This document shows positions 1 to 9,931 of a DNA stretch of 64,000 nt, piece after piece. Both the position numbers and the translations under genes were made by a program. Source of the stretch: Spirochaetia bacterium (GTDB taxonomy: Bacteria; Spirochaetota; Spirochaetia; DSM-2461); NCBI GenBank assembly GCA_963668315.1, contig OY764216.1, positions 4,480,001 to 4,544,000 of the forward strand. The letters run 5' to 3'. Positions within the stretch are counted from its first letter, which is position 1. Each line of letters opens with the position of its first letter. A model generated the notes under the pieces. The model was not told the DNA's origin, made no database searches, and saw only the letters and a list, made by a program, of their open reading frames with translations.

Positions 1-154
1 AAAAACCAGAACTTTAACAATAGAAATCTACACACAGGTTCTACGGGGAAATTACGGCGTCGCGGCCGCTCTAGCGACTGTTCTTACCTTACTAACAACT
101 CTATCTCTCGTCGTCTTTAACAAATTCAATAAGGGACAGGATTTATCAATGTAA
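1..154 (+). CDS. 3' end of an ABC transporter permease (iron/FbpB-like), partial
   Basis: Frame from nt 2 reads KTRTLTIEIYTQVLRGNYGVAAALATVLTLLTT...M*, a typical permease C-terminus. Confidence 0.65.
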   Translation, partial: KTRTLTIEIYTQVLRGNYGVAAALATVLTLLTTLSLVVFNKFNKGQDLSM

Positions 155-388
155 GTCTGGGTTTTGATCTATTCTGTTCCCCATAGGGGTCTCTCAAATT
201 CGACCAGACATGTATAGAGTAAACAACCGGTGGTCACAACGGAAGAATCTGTCCTTACGAGAGCATATGAAACATTTCCTTACACTCCCCAAAAAACAAA
301 ATGATTAATATGTCACTTTGATATATACTATTATGAATAAGAATCGACCATACCTGAGAAACAATATACTTAGACAGCCAATCCTTAG

Positions 389-1252
389 ATGAGGTTAAGA
401 ATGATCAAGAAATCATGCATCGGATTCGTGTTTTTTTTACTGCTACAGGTAATCCAGACGGCTAGCGCCCTCGATGTCATCGTCCCGGTAAAGTCTGAAT
501 ACGAAGCACGCCATGAGTACCCTCTCGCCCTCTTGAAGTTTGTCTTAGACAAGAGCGGAGTAGATTATCACATCAGCTACTCAGACACCGGGGTAACAAC
601 TCAATCCCGGCAAATAGATCTCTTGAAGCAAAATCGTATCAATATCGTCTGGTGTGGAACGTCTGCAAATCTGGAAAGAGAGCTTGTTCCCATACGATTC
701 CCCATATGGAGAGGATTACTCGGTTACCGTGTATTCATTATCAACAAGAATAGGCAGGAAGCTTTTAACAAGGTAAAAACCCTTGAAGATTTACAACAAT
801 TTACCGGCGATCAGGGTCTCGGCTGGACAGATGTCCAGATCCTGGAAAATTCCGGCCTGATGCAGCATGAAACACGATACGATCTGATTTTTGCCAAAGT
901 GAACGGAAATCATTCTGATTATTTTGCCAGAGGCATAACCGAAGGATTCACCGAGGTAGAAGTACGTAAAGAAAAGTTTAACAACCTCGCAGTTGAACAG
1001 CATATTCTTTTGGTTTATCCCTTTGCCGGTTTCTTCTTCACCAATAAAGAAAATTCAGAACTGGCCCAGGCTTTGGAAAAGGGATTTCAGGAATCCTATG
1101 CCGATGGAAGTTTCCTTGAATTCTTCTATAATTATCCAGTGGTTGATAACGTTATTAAACAGGCCCATCTGGATAATCGGGTTAGAATCGATATTCCCAA
1201 TCCATTAATGACAGCCGAAACCCTGGCAATTCCCGACGAGTATTGGCATTGA
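389..1252 (+). CDS. periplasmic substrate-binding protein (family 3-like)
   Basis: Signal peptide; PIRFPIWRGLLGYR, GQGxxWxD and DYFARG motifs. Confidence 0.7.
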   Translation: MRLRMIKKSCIGFVFFLLLQVIQTASALDVIVPVKSEYEARHEYPLALLKFVLDKSGVDYHISYSDTGVTTQSRQIDLLKQNRINIVWCGTSANLERELVPIRFPIWRGLLGYRVFIINKNRQEAFNKVKTLEDLQQFTGDQGLGWTDVQILENSGLMQHETRYDLIFAKVNGNHSDYFARGITEGFTEVEVRKEKFNNLAVEQHILLVYPFAGFFFTNKENSELAQALEKGFQESYADGSFLEFFYNYPVVDNVIKQAHLDNRVRIDIPNPLMTAETLAIPDEYWH

Positions 1253-1387
1253 AAAGAGAACCATGATATCGTTTACAGCAAGGGAATATCAGATAATGAG
1301 AAGAAATTCAGCAATATTATTCAATAATTTATAGGGAATGCTCGTTATTCTACTCTTGAAAGATGAATTATTCATAGGAGAGTATTG

Positions 1388-1774
1388 ATGAACGAAATGA
1401 GTATTACGGAAAACATTGCTAATGGACAAATCCACTACATTGATCAAACTTCTGAGATCTCTGGAATCAAATGGGAAAAACATCCGAGCTTCAAAGGTGT
1501 CTATATGAAGAAAATGATCACCGGTGCAGAAACAGGCGGTTTGTTCAGTGCGCTCTTAATAAAATTAGATCCGGAGAGCTGTCTCGAACTCCATTGTCAT
1601 GAAGAACAAATGGAACTGCATGAAGTCATGGCAGGAGACGGCACCTTCCAGCTCCTCGATAAGACATATGATTACCACTTAGGCAAATTTGCTCTTATTC
1701 CGAAAAAGAAGAATCACATGGTTCGGGCAGGGAAAAGCGGTTTGACTTTATTTGCTATATTTTTCCCTGCATAA
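1388..1774 (+). CDS. cupin domain protein
   Basis: HxHxxxxExxxV..G.G and H motifs; AGGAG RBS upstream. Confidence 0.8.
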   Translation: MNEMSITENIANGQIHYIDQTSEISGIKWEKHPSFKGVYMKKMITGAETGGLFSALLIKLDPESCLELHCHEEQMELHEVMAGDGTFQLLDKTYDYHLGKFALIPKKKNHMVRAGKSGLTLFAIFFPA

Positions 1775-1812
1775 GTGGAAGAATTTAACCGGGTATAAAG
1801 GGGTGATAATTC

Positions 1813-2661
1813 ATGAATATTAAACAGGAAATCATAAGATCATTCAGAATTCCCTTCATACCCGAAGTTGAAGCCGTGATTGGGAATAATATCAGCAATG
1901 ATTTTCGTCGTCATATTCATGATACATACATCATTGGTGTTGTAAACCAGGGAGACCGTATCATTTCACTTAGCGACTGTACGGTCTCAATTTCTGAAGG
2001 AGAACTGTTTTTAATTCATCCCGGACAGGTTCATTCCTGTAAACCTAAATCCTCAGCCAGACACTCCTACATGCTTCTGAGCATCCCCTCTTCTACAGTG
2101 CAATCAATAGCGTCACAAATAACCGAAAAACATGAAGAGTGTCCAGAGTTTTCATGTGTTCAAATTAAAGATAAGGAAGCGTCACAAAAAATGATAAAAC
2201 TGTTTTCCAGTATTATCCAGAAAACAAACGAATCGGGAATCCAGATTGAAAGCTTATTCTATGATTTTATTTCTTATCTGCTGATTTCATACTCTAAAGA
2301 ACAATTTTCAATTCCATCAATCCACAATCAGCATGAATCGATAGTACGGGCATGCCGGTATATTAGTGAGAACTATGGCAACAACCTATCTCTCAAAGAA
2401 ATAGCTTCTGTCGCCTGCTTAAGCCCTTTTCATTTTCAAAGAGAATTCAAGAAAGACCGGGGAATAACACCGCATGAATATTTGAACGATGTAAGGATTC
2501 GGGAATCACAAAGACTCCTGTTGAAAGAAATGGATCTAAAAGAGATTGCTTATAGACTAGGTTTTTCTGATCAAAGTCACTTTACAAGGATTTTCAGGAA
2601 AACGGTTGGCGTGACTCCCAAGAATTATAGGCTGAATAATTATGAGAACGAAGTGGAATGA
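1813..2661 (+). CDS. AraC family transcriptional regulator
   Basis: N-terminal cupin HIH; C-terminal IAYRLGFSDQSHFTRIFRKTVGVTP. Confidence 0.93.
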   Translation: MNIKQEIIRSFRIPFIPEVEAVIGNNISNDFRRHIHDTYIIGVVNQGDRIISLSDCTVSISEGELFLIHPGQVHSCKPKSSARHSYMLLSIPSSTVQSIASQITEKHEECPEFSCVQIKDKEASQKMIKLFSSIIQKTNESGIQIESLFYDFISYLLISYSKEQFSIPSIHNQHESIVRACRYISENYGNNLSLKEIASVACLSPFHFQREFKKDRGITPHEYLNDVRIRESQRLLLKEMDLKEIAYRLGFSDQSHFTRIFRKTVGVTPKNYRLNNYENEVE

Positions 2662-2828
2662 TATCCGCGCTTCGAGAAACAAGATGAGAAAATCGATACC
2701 ACATAAATCAACGTATTTATATAACATATTGCCCATTATGCGGTACCTGCAAAGCGGTGAGTAAAATAGAAACTTTTCCGGATTAAGCAGAAATTCCCCA
2801 CCATTCCAGGACCACAAGAATTTCCAAT

Positions 2829-2861
2829 TGGCGTCAATACTGGCGTCAATACTGGCGTCAA
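2829..2861. repeat. TGGCGTCAA x3 at 12-bp period (putative integrase arm-type sites of a left-hand element)
   Basis: tggcgtcaatac tggcgtcaatac tggcgtcaa, about 100 bp from the att core. Confidence 0.6.
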
Positions 2862-2931
2862 GGTCTTTTCAGAAACAGCCCCCGCTTTATCCCCATCAAC
2901 ATAATCCCATGCATTATAAGGGCATAGACAT

Positions 2932-2961
2932 AAAAAAAGCACTCCGAAACGGAGTGCTTTT
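2932..2961 (-). terminator. intrinsic terminator downstream of the tRNA-3' att copy
   Basis: AAAAGCACTCCG-AAA-CGGAGTGCTTTT hairpin with A/T tracts. Confidence 0.8.
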
Positions 2962-2962
2962 G

Positions 2963-2985
2963 TGGGCCCACAAGGACTTGAACCT
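2963..2985 (-). repeat. att core (3' end of CAT-anticodon tRNA), left copy
   Basis: TGGGCCCACAAGGACTTGAACCT is identical to 44002-44024; its reverse complement is a T-loop GGTTCAAGTCC plus acceptor strand. Confidence 0.9.
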
Positions 2986-3100
2986 TATTTCAGGGTTTCC
3001 AGGGCTTTCCCGGAATTCACATTATTTCCTTATATTTAAACATTTTATATGATTTTAAAAAGCCTAATAATTCCTATATTTTCCCATATGCATACTTGGG

Positions 3101-3126
3101 TTTGCTTTAAATTCTGGTTTAAATTC
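3101..3126. repeat. arm-type site doublet TG(C/G)TTTAAATT, 12-bp period
   Basis: Near-identical to 43885-43909 inside the other island end. Confidence 0.75.
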
Positions 3127-3356
3127 TATGGATATTCTCATTTTCAATTTTTCAACAATAGGAAAAGAGAGATTTGATATAACATCATTATCAGCTCAAA
3201 AAATAATAATCAATTATCTGTCTATTCCTCAAACTTAATATTTACCTCTTTAGTTAGCTCAACATCTGAAGGTAAACGTGATATAGTCCTCCCTAGAAGT
3301 TGTACTGCTCCTAAATTAATTATTGCTGTATAATGACAGCAGAAGGAGTACAACAG

Positions 3357-3623
3357 ATGAGGAAGAAATGGAGCGATGCTGAGAAAGCGAACATTGCCCT
3401 CATGGCTCTCAAGGAAGAGAAGACTATCAGCGAGATTGCCCAGGAGACGGGAGCCCATCCAAACATGATTTCCAAATGGAAGAGAGAGCTTCTTGAAAAT
3501 GCCGATTCCGCCTTTCGTAATGGGAAATCGGAAAACGAAAGGGATTTGGAAAAGGAGCGAGATGAACTGTACAAGCAGATTGGAAAGCTTCATGCAGAGA
3601 ATGATTTTCTAAAAAAAACTTAA
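3357..3623 (+). CDS. IS3 transposase OrfA
   Basis: HTH KTISEIAQETGAHPNMISKWK; A8 slippery run at 3611-3618. Confidence 0.85.
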   Translation: MRKKWSDAEKANIALMALKEEKTISEIAQETGAHPNMISKWKRELLENADSAFRNGKSENERDLEKERDELYKQIGKLHAENDFLKKT

Positions 3624-3648
3624 AGAAAATGGGGCTCCTGTAAAATCA

Positions 3649-4439
3649 ATGATTGAACCGGAGAGGAAGGATTTAAGCATATCCCGGCAATGCCGTCTCT
3701 TAGGAAAAAGCCGAAGCTGGTTTTACTATGAAGAACAGCATGATCCCAAACAGGTTTACTGGGACAATCTTGAAAAGAAAAAAATCAGGAAACTCTGGGA
3801 AAAGCATATTTTCTATGGATACCGACAGATTTATTCCCATCTTGATAAGAATCTTGGCCATGAAACATCTCCTAAACGGGTTTACAGGCTTATGAAGGAG
3901 TTAGGCATTAAAGCGGTCATTCCCAAGAGATGTCTTTCCAAACCGGGTAAAAACCATAAGAAGTATCCCTACTTACTCCGTAATCTTGAAATAACTCATT
4001 CTAATCAGGTTTGGGCTTCTGATATTACCTATGTTGGCCTACCCGGAGGAATTGTCTATGTAGTCGCTATCATTGACCTATACAGCCGGAAAATCCTCTC
4101 CTGGAATGTGAGTAATACGATGGATACGGCATTCGTCATGGAAGCTCTGATGCACGCAATGATGAATTATGGTTTGCCGGAAATATTCAATACGGATCAG
4201 GGGAGTCAATTTACCAGTCAGGAATTCACTTCTCTTCTGGAAGGAGAAATGGTTCGCATCAGCATGGATGGAAAAGGCCGTGCTTTAGATAATATTTATA
4301 TTGAAAGATTCTGGAAGACTTTGAAGTATGAAGACATTTATCTATACCGGTATGATTCACTGAAGAATCTCCGGAAAGGATTGCAACAATACTTCAGATT
4401 TTATAACACGGAAAGGCCCCATCAGAGCTTGAATGGGAA
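3649..4439 (+). pseudogene. IS3 transposase OrfB, C-terminus split off by IS256 insertion
   Basis: WASDITY, NTDQGSQF and IERFWKTLKYE DDE motifs; native end NSPNDVYYQESNLNVA* lies after 7062. Confidence 0.85.
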
Positions 4440-4476
4440 GATAAAGCAACCCTTTTGTCTGTAAAATCAGAAAAAG

Positions 4477-5640
4477 TTAATCAGTCCCCAGATTCAAATA
4501 TCGCTTACCTGTAAACCATTGTTCATCAATTTCCATTAGTAGCGCCGATACGAGTCTATCTACCGATTCCTTATTTGGGAATATCATGGCTACTCTCGTC
4601 CGCCTTTTTATTTCTCTCATCTGACTCTCTGCCAAGTTTGATGTTCTTAACCGTTTCCAATGGGCCTTGGGCATTTTGAATACGGTAAGTGATTCGGGTA
4701 CATTCGATTCCATCCAGCTGCTCAGATCTGGTGCCGACTTCTCATATTTTTTCACTGCCATCGAAAGGAAACGTACAGCTTCTTCTCCGTTAGGAGCATC
4801 AAAAATCGTTCTTATGTCTTCAGCGACCTCCTTTTCCATACTCTTCTTCGGTACGTGATGACCTGCATTTTGCTGCAAATGAAACTGGCATCTTTGCCAG
4901 GGAACCGTCGGGAAGACGGCTTCAATCGCTGATCTCAGACCGCTATGTGCATCGGAAGTTATCATCCTTATCCCGTGTAATCCCCGGTCTACCAAGCCTG
5001 ATAGAAATTTTCTCCAATGAACATCCGCCTCGCTGAGCTCTGTTGATACTCCAATAACCCGTCTCATCCCTTGATTATCTACCCCATAGGCAATTAGGAC
5101 AGCAGCCGAAACAACTGTTCTATCAACTCTTGTCTTCTCATAGGTCGTATCCAGAACTAGGTATTGATACGATCCCAAGGGACGATCTCCCCATTTAGAG
5201 ATCTCTTCATCAAGCAGGGAGGCGGCTTCGGATACCTGTGATTGGGATACTTCAAACCCACATAGCTCCTCAACAATCCGCGTTACCCGTCTGGTCGATA
5301 CGCCTTGAATGTACATCTGGGCAATAGCCATTTTCAAAGCTCTTTCACTGCGACAACCCTTCTCGATGCTGCTAGGGTAAAATTCCATATTCCGAACCTG
5401 GGGAATCTCTATCGGGATTTCTCCCACCCGTGTACGGATCGTTCTGCTTTTATACCCATTCCGCTGTCCCAAACGATCATCATTCCGTTCGTAATGACTG
5501 GCTTGAATGGCCTTCTCCTGTTCTAACCGCATGGTTAATTTCATTATTGAACTTATGACTTTGGTTAATCCTTCTCTATTATCTGTCTTGAGGTCTTCAA
5601 TCATTTGATCGAAAACGCTATAGTAATCCTCGTTAGTCAT
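4477..5640 (-). CDS. IS256 transposase
   Basis: RNGY, MYIQGVSTRRV, SDAHSGL, WQRCQFH and RTSN motifs. Confidence 0.95.
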   Translation of the reverse strand: MTNEDYYSVFDQMIEDLKTDNREGLTKVISSIMKLTMRLEQEKAIQASHYERNDDRLGQRNGYKSRTIRTRVGEIPIEIPQVRNMEFYPSSIEKGCRSERALKMAIAQMYIQGVSTRRVTRIVEELCGFEVSQSQVSEAASLLDEEISKWGDRPLGSYQYLVLDTTYEKTRVDRTVVSAAVLIAYGVDNQGMRRVIGVSTELSEADVHWRKFLSGLVDRGLHGIRMITSDAHSGLRSAIEAVFPTVPWQRCQFHLQQNAGHHVPKKSMEKEVAEDIRTIFDAPNGEEAVRFLSMAVKKYEKSAPDLSSWMESNVPESLTVFKMPKAHWKRLRTSNLAESQMREIKRRTRVAMIFPNKESVDRLVSALLMEIDEQWFTGKRYLNLGTD

Positions 5641-5760
5641 GATGCCTTCTTTTCTTTTTTGGTCGAAATAATCGAAGACTGATTGGCTAACTTTTTCAAG
5701 CCCCCTTCTTTATCAATTTACAGACACTATTGAACCGCCCCGGGTTTTCCGGAGACTGTT

Positions 5761-6669
5761 TTATTTGAGTCCGACTACTTCAGTCGAATCTTCCACACTT
5801 CTATAATACAACATTTCATACTCTTTTGGGGGAATATCTCCAATTGGTTCCAAAAGTCTCCGATTGTTGAACCAGTCCACCCATTCCAGAACGGCAAATT
5901 CTACTTCTTCCATTGTCTTCCAGGGTCCTCGTCTCCAAATCACCTCCGCCTTAAATAGACCGTTTATTGTTTCAGCCATAGCTTTATCATAGGAATCTCC
6001 AACACTGCCGACAGAAGGAGCTATTTCTGCTTCAGATAAGCGTTCTGAGTACTTTATTGAAAGATACTGACTACCTCGATCACTATGGTGGATAAGATTA
6101 TTGCCAGGGGATCGAGCGAAAATTGCCTGCTCCAGGGCATCCAAGGTCAAATCTGCATTCATAGATCGTGAAACCCGCCAGCCTACGATCATACGGGAGA
6201 AAACATCCGTCACAAAGGCAACATAGACAAACCCTTTCCAGGTGGAGACGTACGTGAAATCGGCCACCCAAAGTTGATTGGGGCGACTGGCTCTGAACTC
6301 ACGGTTAACCAAATCTAGAGGACGATCTGCTTTATCTTCAGGAATAGTGGTTCTCACGCCTTTCCCTCGGATAACCCCACGTAAGCCCAAATCTCGCATT
6401 AAGCGCTCAACGGTACATCTGGCAACATAAATCCGTTCCCGGTTGAGCTGTTTCCAGATTTTATGGGCTCCGTAGACTTGCCAGTTTTCATTCCAGACAC
6501 GCTGGATTTCCTGTTTCAGAAACTCATCTTCATGAAAACGTTTTGGAGCTTTAGAGAGATCTTTTTCTCTAGCTTTCATTTCGTAATACGTGGATGGAGC
6601 GATCGGTAGATTTCTACAGATCGGCTCGACTCCATATTTTTTACGAAGCTTATCAACGAAATGAACCAT
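5761..6669 (-). CDS. IS3 transposase OrfB
   Basis: LWVADFTYV, HHSDRGSQY and AETINGLFKAE. Confidence 0.95.
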   Translation of the reverse strand: MVHFVDKLRKKYGVEPICRNLPIAPSTYYEMKAREKDLSKAPKRFHEDEFLKQEIQRVWNENWQVYGAHKIWKQLNRERIYVARCTVERLMRDLGLRGVIRGKGVRTTIPEDKADRPLDLVNREFRASRPNQLWVADFTYVSTWKGFVYVAFVTDVFSRMIVGWRVSRSMNADLTLDALEQAIFARSPGNNLIHHSDRGSQYLSIKYSERLSEAEIAPSVGSVGDSYDKAMAETINGLFKAEVIWRRGPWKTMEEVEFAVLEWVDWFNNRRLLEPIGDIPPKEYEMLYYRSVEDSTEVVGLK

Positions 6670-6989
6670 TACCTGTTTCGGCGGTCGAGCTCCGCCTGGG
6701 CGAAATATGCTGAAGCCTTTCTTAAAATATCATTGGCCTTCTTCAACTCCCTGTTTTCCCGTTCCAATTCTTTGATCCGGGCTTTATCATCAGTAGTAAG
6801 TCCTTCTCTTTTCCCGGAATCTTTCTCCTGCTGTCGTACCCATCGACGTAATGTTTCCGGGGTACAGCCAATCTTAGATGCAATGGATACAATCGCTGCC
6901 CATTGGGAGCCATGTTCCTCTGTACTCTCAAATACGAACTTGACAGACCTTGCTTTTACCTCTTGTGAATACCTAATCCGCTTTTCCAT
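6669..6989 (-). CDS. IS3 transposase OrfA
   Basis: IASKIGCTPETLRRWV; ends ASAYFAQAELDR. Confidence 0.93.
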   Translation of the reverse strand: MEKRIRYSQEVKARSVKFVFESTEEHGSQWAAIVSIASKIGCTPETLRRWVRQQEKDSGKREGLTTDDKARIKELERENRELKKANDILRKASAYFAQAELDRRNR

Positions 6990-7138
6990 GACACTATCCT
7001 CTCACATAATTGTGTCTCCGGAAAACCCGGGGCGGTTCACTATTGTACACTATCAATGGGAACTCACCGAATGATGTTTATTACCAGGAATCTAACTTAA
7101 ATGTGGCATAAGGCTGTATTGACTTGGGGGAGCACTAT

Positions 7139-7700
7139 ATCTTCACCTTGGGATACTTCATCTTAATAACTCGCAATTGATCTGTCGTTAATGAATCCAG
7201 CATTAAGTCTCCCGTATCCAGAGTAACCGGCCAAGGTTCTATCGTCTCATAATTCAAATGGAGATCGGCAAGGTCACGGCCTGCTTTAGAGAAAGCTGTG
7301 AATCGATCATACCCTTTGACCGCAGGGATTCGAGGGAGTTCCTTGGTCAGGTTCTCTGCATAATGATTCCGATACTCCGGGGAGTGTAGGATGCCGTAGA
7401 TATAGTAGAATAAATCTTCCTTGGTGAGAGACTCTCCCGGATAGGTTAACTGGAAATGATCTAAGCCTGAATCGTTGACTCCTTCTTTCTGTGTGTAGCC
7501 AGAATCATTGCTTAAAGATACAGAGAAAAGTTGACCCGATAATGTTTCTTCCTTCTCATAAATTTAAAGAGGGAAGTGTTCGGCGGCAGCTGGTCCTTGT
7601 TGAATGCTACAGATGATATTACTTATCCAACAACTGAATGGGATAGATGCACCTGCACCTGTAACCCATATTAGTATATTGTCTTGTGTATCAGAGACTC
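7139..7700 (-). pseudogene. fragment of a Type ISP restriction-modification enzyme C-terminus
   Basis: Manual translation: ...EHFPL*IYEKE...KEDLFYYIYGILHSPEYRNHYAENLTKELPRIP...AGRDLADLHLNYE...; internal stop; cut by the IS. Confidence 0.75.
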
Positions 7701-7710
7701 ACCGGATCCA

Positions 7711-8586
7711 CTATATTTGTGAATAAACTGTGGTCTTATCTCTCCCGTTTTCTTTGGAGCGGTACAAAGCCTTGTCGGCTTCTTTTATTAACTCGAATAT
7801 ATCACATCGATCGGAAATGATGGATATACCGATGCTGATCGTTAGATTGTATTCGCTGCTGAAAGCTTCCTTCACATTCATTCTTATTCTTTCTGCGAGA
7901 TCGAGCGCTTCCTCCTCTTCCGTATGGGGAAGAACTATTATGAATTCTTCTCCTCCGAATCTCGTACAGATATCAAGTTCTCTTAAATTCAAGAGCAAAA
8001 TTCTGCTGACTTCCATGAGGATTTTATCTCCGGTATTGTGCCCGAAGTTATCATTAATAGACTTGAAATGATCAATATCTATCATCAACAGTGAAAAAGG
8101 GGTCTTGTAGCGGATATATCGCCGGATCTCAATATTGAGTACTTGCATGAGGTGCTGCCTATTGTATAGTTTGGTCAGCGTATCTACCGATGAGAGCTCC
8201 ACAATTTTCCCGAGAAAGGATTCACCGATTATTTTTGGGGCTAGAATCTCCTTTTTTATATTCGTCAAATAATCGAGGGTTGCAACCGTGATTTCCACAT
8301 TTCTGCTAAGCAGGCGGCTCAATTCTTTTTTATGGCGGAGAATCTCATTCCATATAGAAAAAGCCCTGTTCTTTTCAAACACTTCATAGGTCAAATGGAA
8401 AAGGACCTTTACGTAAAAATCTCCCTCCGATTCATTGAGTAATGCTTCAAAAAGCGCCTTCTCCTCATTCGTTTGGAAACGATCTCCGGCTATCCCGGAA
8501 ATAAACTCCTTTGTAAAGACTTTATCGCTGATTATATCAAATAATTTACGGCCATCGTCGTTCTCATTTTTCTTCAAATAATCCAT
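7711..8586 (-). CDS. diguanylate cyclase (GGDEF)
   Basis: DTLTKLYNR, DIDHFKSIND, RFGGEEF and an RELD I-site. Confidence 0.93.
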   Translation of the reverse strand: MDYLKKNENDDGRKLFDIISDKVFTKEFISGIAGDRFQTNEEKALFEALLNESEGDFYVKVLFHLTYEVFEKNRAFSIWNEILRHKKELSRLLSRNVEITVATLDYLTNIKKEILAPKIIGESFLGKIVELSSVDTLTKLYNRQHLMQVLNIEIRRYIRYKTPFSLLMIDIDHFKSINDNFGHNTGDKILMEVSRILLLNLRELDICTRFGGEEFIIVLPHTEEEEALDLAERIRMNVKEAFSSEYNLTISIGISIISDRCDIFELIKEADKALYRSKENGRDKTTVYSQI

Positions 8587-9073
8587 CCTGTTGAAACAGA
8601 TTCAATTCCATATCTTGTCATCAGGGATTCCTTCAAAGAACTCATAGAATACTTGATTCACATGACGAAGCTCCCAAAAATATTGGTCTCATCCTAGGAG
8701 GAAATATTTCATAAATATATATTTACATCCCCTGACTCTCTTAATTGTAATCATTACCATTAAATAATGCAACCATAGTGCGTCCCAAGTAAATATAGCC
8801 TTATGTCATATCAAGTGTCGTGACATTTAGTAGAGAAGCTAACGGTTAATTCTGATGATATCGGGATCACTAATCAGAAACCTGAGTATATTCTGATTAA
8901 TAAAACTATCAGCGGATGCATCGGGAAATTGATAAGATCCTTGGGGCTGAAAAAAAAAGCTCAGAAGGTATTTAGAAAGTCTTGAATTAAGGTGGTCGCA
9001 TCACAATTCGTATTGCCGCTTCAGCGCTTGAGGACATAGAAACTACCTCCCGTGATTCACGGATTCGGTACGC

Positions 9074-9931
9074 CTATAGGTGAAGTACTTTTTTCCAGTC
9101 CGTGTCGCGGAACAGTACGGCATGCATCATTAGGGAGGCGAAAGCAAGAAAGCAGAGGATAAAAGAGGCGATGAGCGACCATCCGGAAAAAACCGTAGAA
9201 AAATCCAGTGCGACCAGCATAAGGGACAGGAGCATAAAGAATAAGCTTACCACATTCAGTCCCCTGCGCTTGAAAAGCCCCGTAAGGAAAATGAAAAGGG
9301 CGGCAGGAATAAGTGCTGAGACGACAATCGGGGACCATCTCATCATCCCGGAGAGTATAAATTCCAGGGCGATGAGAAAGAGGGCTATCATGAGGAGGGA
9401 GAGACTGACGGTATTCCGCCATTTTCTTCTTGCCTTGCCCATGTAAAGCACGAAAATGTCGGCTGAAACCGCTCCCGCCAGGATGATATGGAAATCCCCG
9501 GAGAGCAGGAAATCCCACGGGAACTGCTTCCTGAACAGCATGAACCAGCAGAGGATTATAAGGCCAGCGGAGTTGACAAGCAGGCCGGGCCTCCTGTAAA
9601 AAAGCACTCCCGCCAGGGCAATTCCGAATGCGGCCGGCAGGGAAATCATCACATAATAGGACCAGGAGATAAGGCCGTTCTGGATATAATCCAGCAACGG
9701 GGTCAGAAGGAGGGGCAGTAGGCAGGCCATAACCGCCAGAGAAAGGAACAGCGACCTCTTCTGCCGGAGAGTGAGGGAGCGGTGCATCTTTCGGGCCTTC
9801 ACCGAATCGGCGGGATAAATCCCTTCTGATTTCTGGGGATTCCGGACCTCCCCGGGGATGGCCGTATCGCAGAGGGGGCATTTTTCCAGGCGGTCTTCAA
9901 CTTCGACTCCGCATCGCGGGCAATAGGGCAT
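9074..9931 (-). CDS. zinc-ribbon membrane protein (DUF6320-like)
   Basis: N-terminal YCPRCG..CPLC followed by several TM helices. Confidence 0.7.
   Translation of the reverse strand: MPYCPRCGVEVEDRLEKCPLCDTAIPGEVRNPQKSEGIYPADSVKARKMHRSLTLRQKRSLFLSLAVMACLLPLLLTPLLDYIQNGLISWSYYVMISLPAAFGIALAGVLFYRRPGLLVNSAGLIILCWFMLFRKQFPWDFLLSGDFHIILAGAVSADIFVLYMGKARRKWRNTVSLSLLMIALFLIALEFILSGMMRWSPIVVSALIPAALFIFLTGLFKRRGLNVVSLFFMLLSLMLVALDFSTVFSGWSLIASFILCFLAFASLMMHAVLFRDTDWKKVLHL

Larger units (their letters stand above)
5731..7039 (-). mobile_element. IS3-family element (IS51/IS629-like), intact
   Basis: Perfect 26-bp IR TGAACCGCCCCGGGTTTTCCGGAGAC; 4-bp TSD CTAT at 5727-5730 and 7040-7043. Confidence 0.95.
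4440..7054 (-). mobile_element. IS256-family element with 8-bp TSD, one end interrupted by an IS3
   Basis: TSD AATGGGAA at 4432-4439 and 7055-7062; ends gata...gtctgtaaa and tttacagac...tatc. Confidence 0.88.
3284..7137 (+). mobile_element. IS3-family element (outer), interrupted by IS256
   Basis: Imperfect IRs tagtcctccc / gggagcacta; orfA and orfB; orfB tail resumes at 7063-7111. Exact ends are ambiguous by 1-2 bp. Confidence 0.8.

Noticed and set aside
2736..3052. ORFs with LTPV/ASIL peptide repeats
   Set aside because: They are translation artefacts of the 12-bp DNA repeat and span the terminator and att site.
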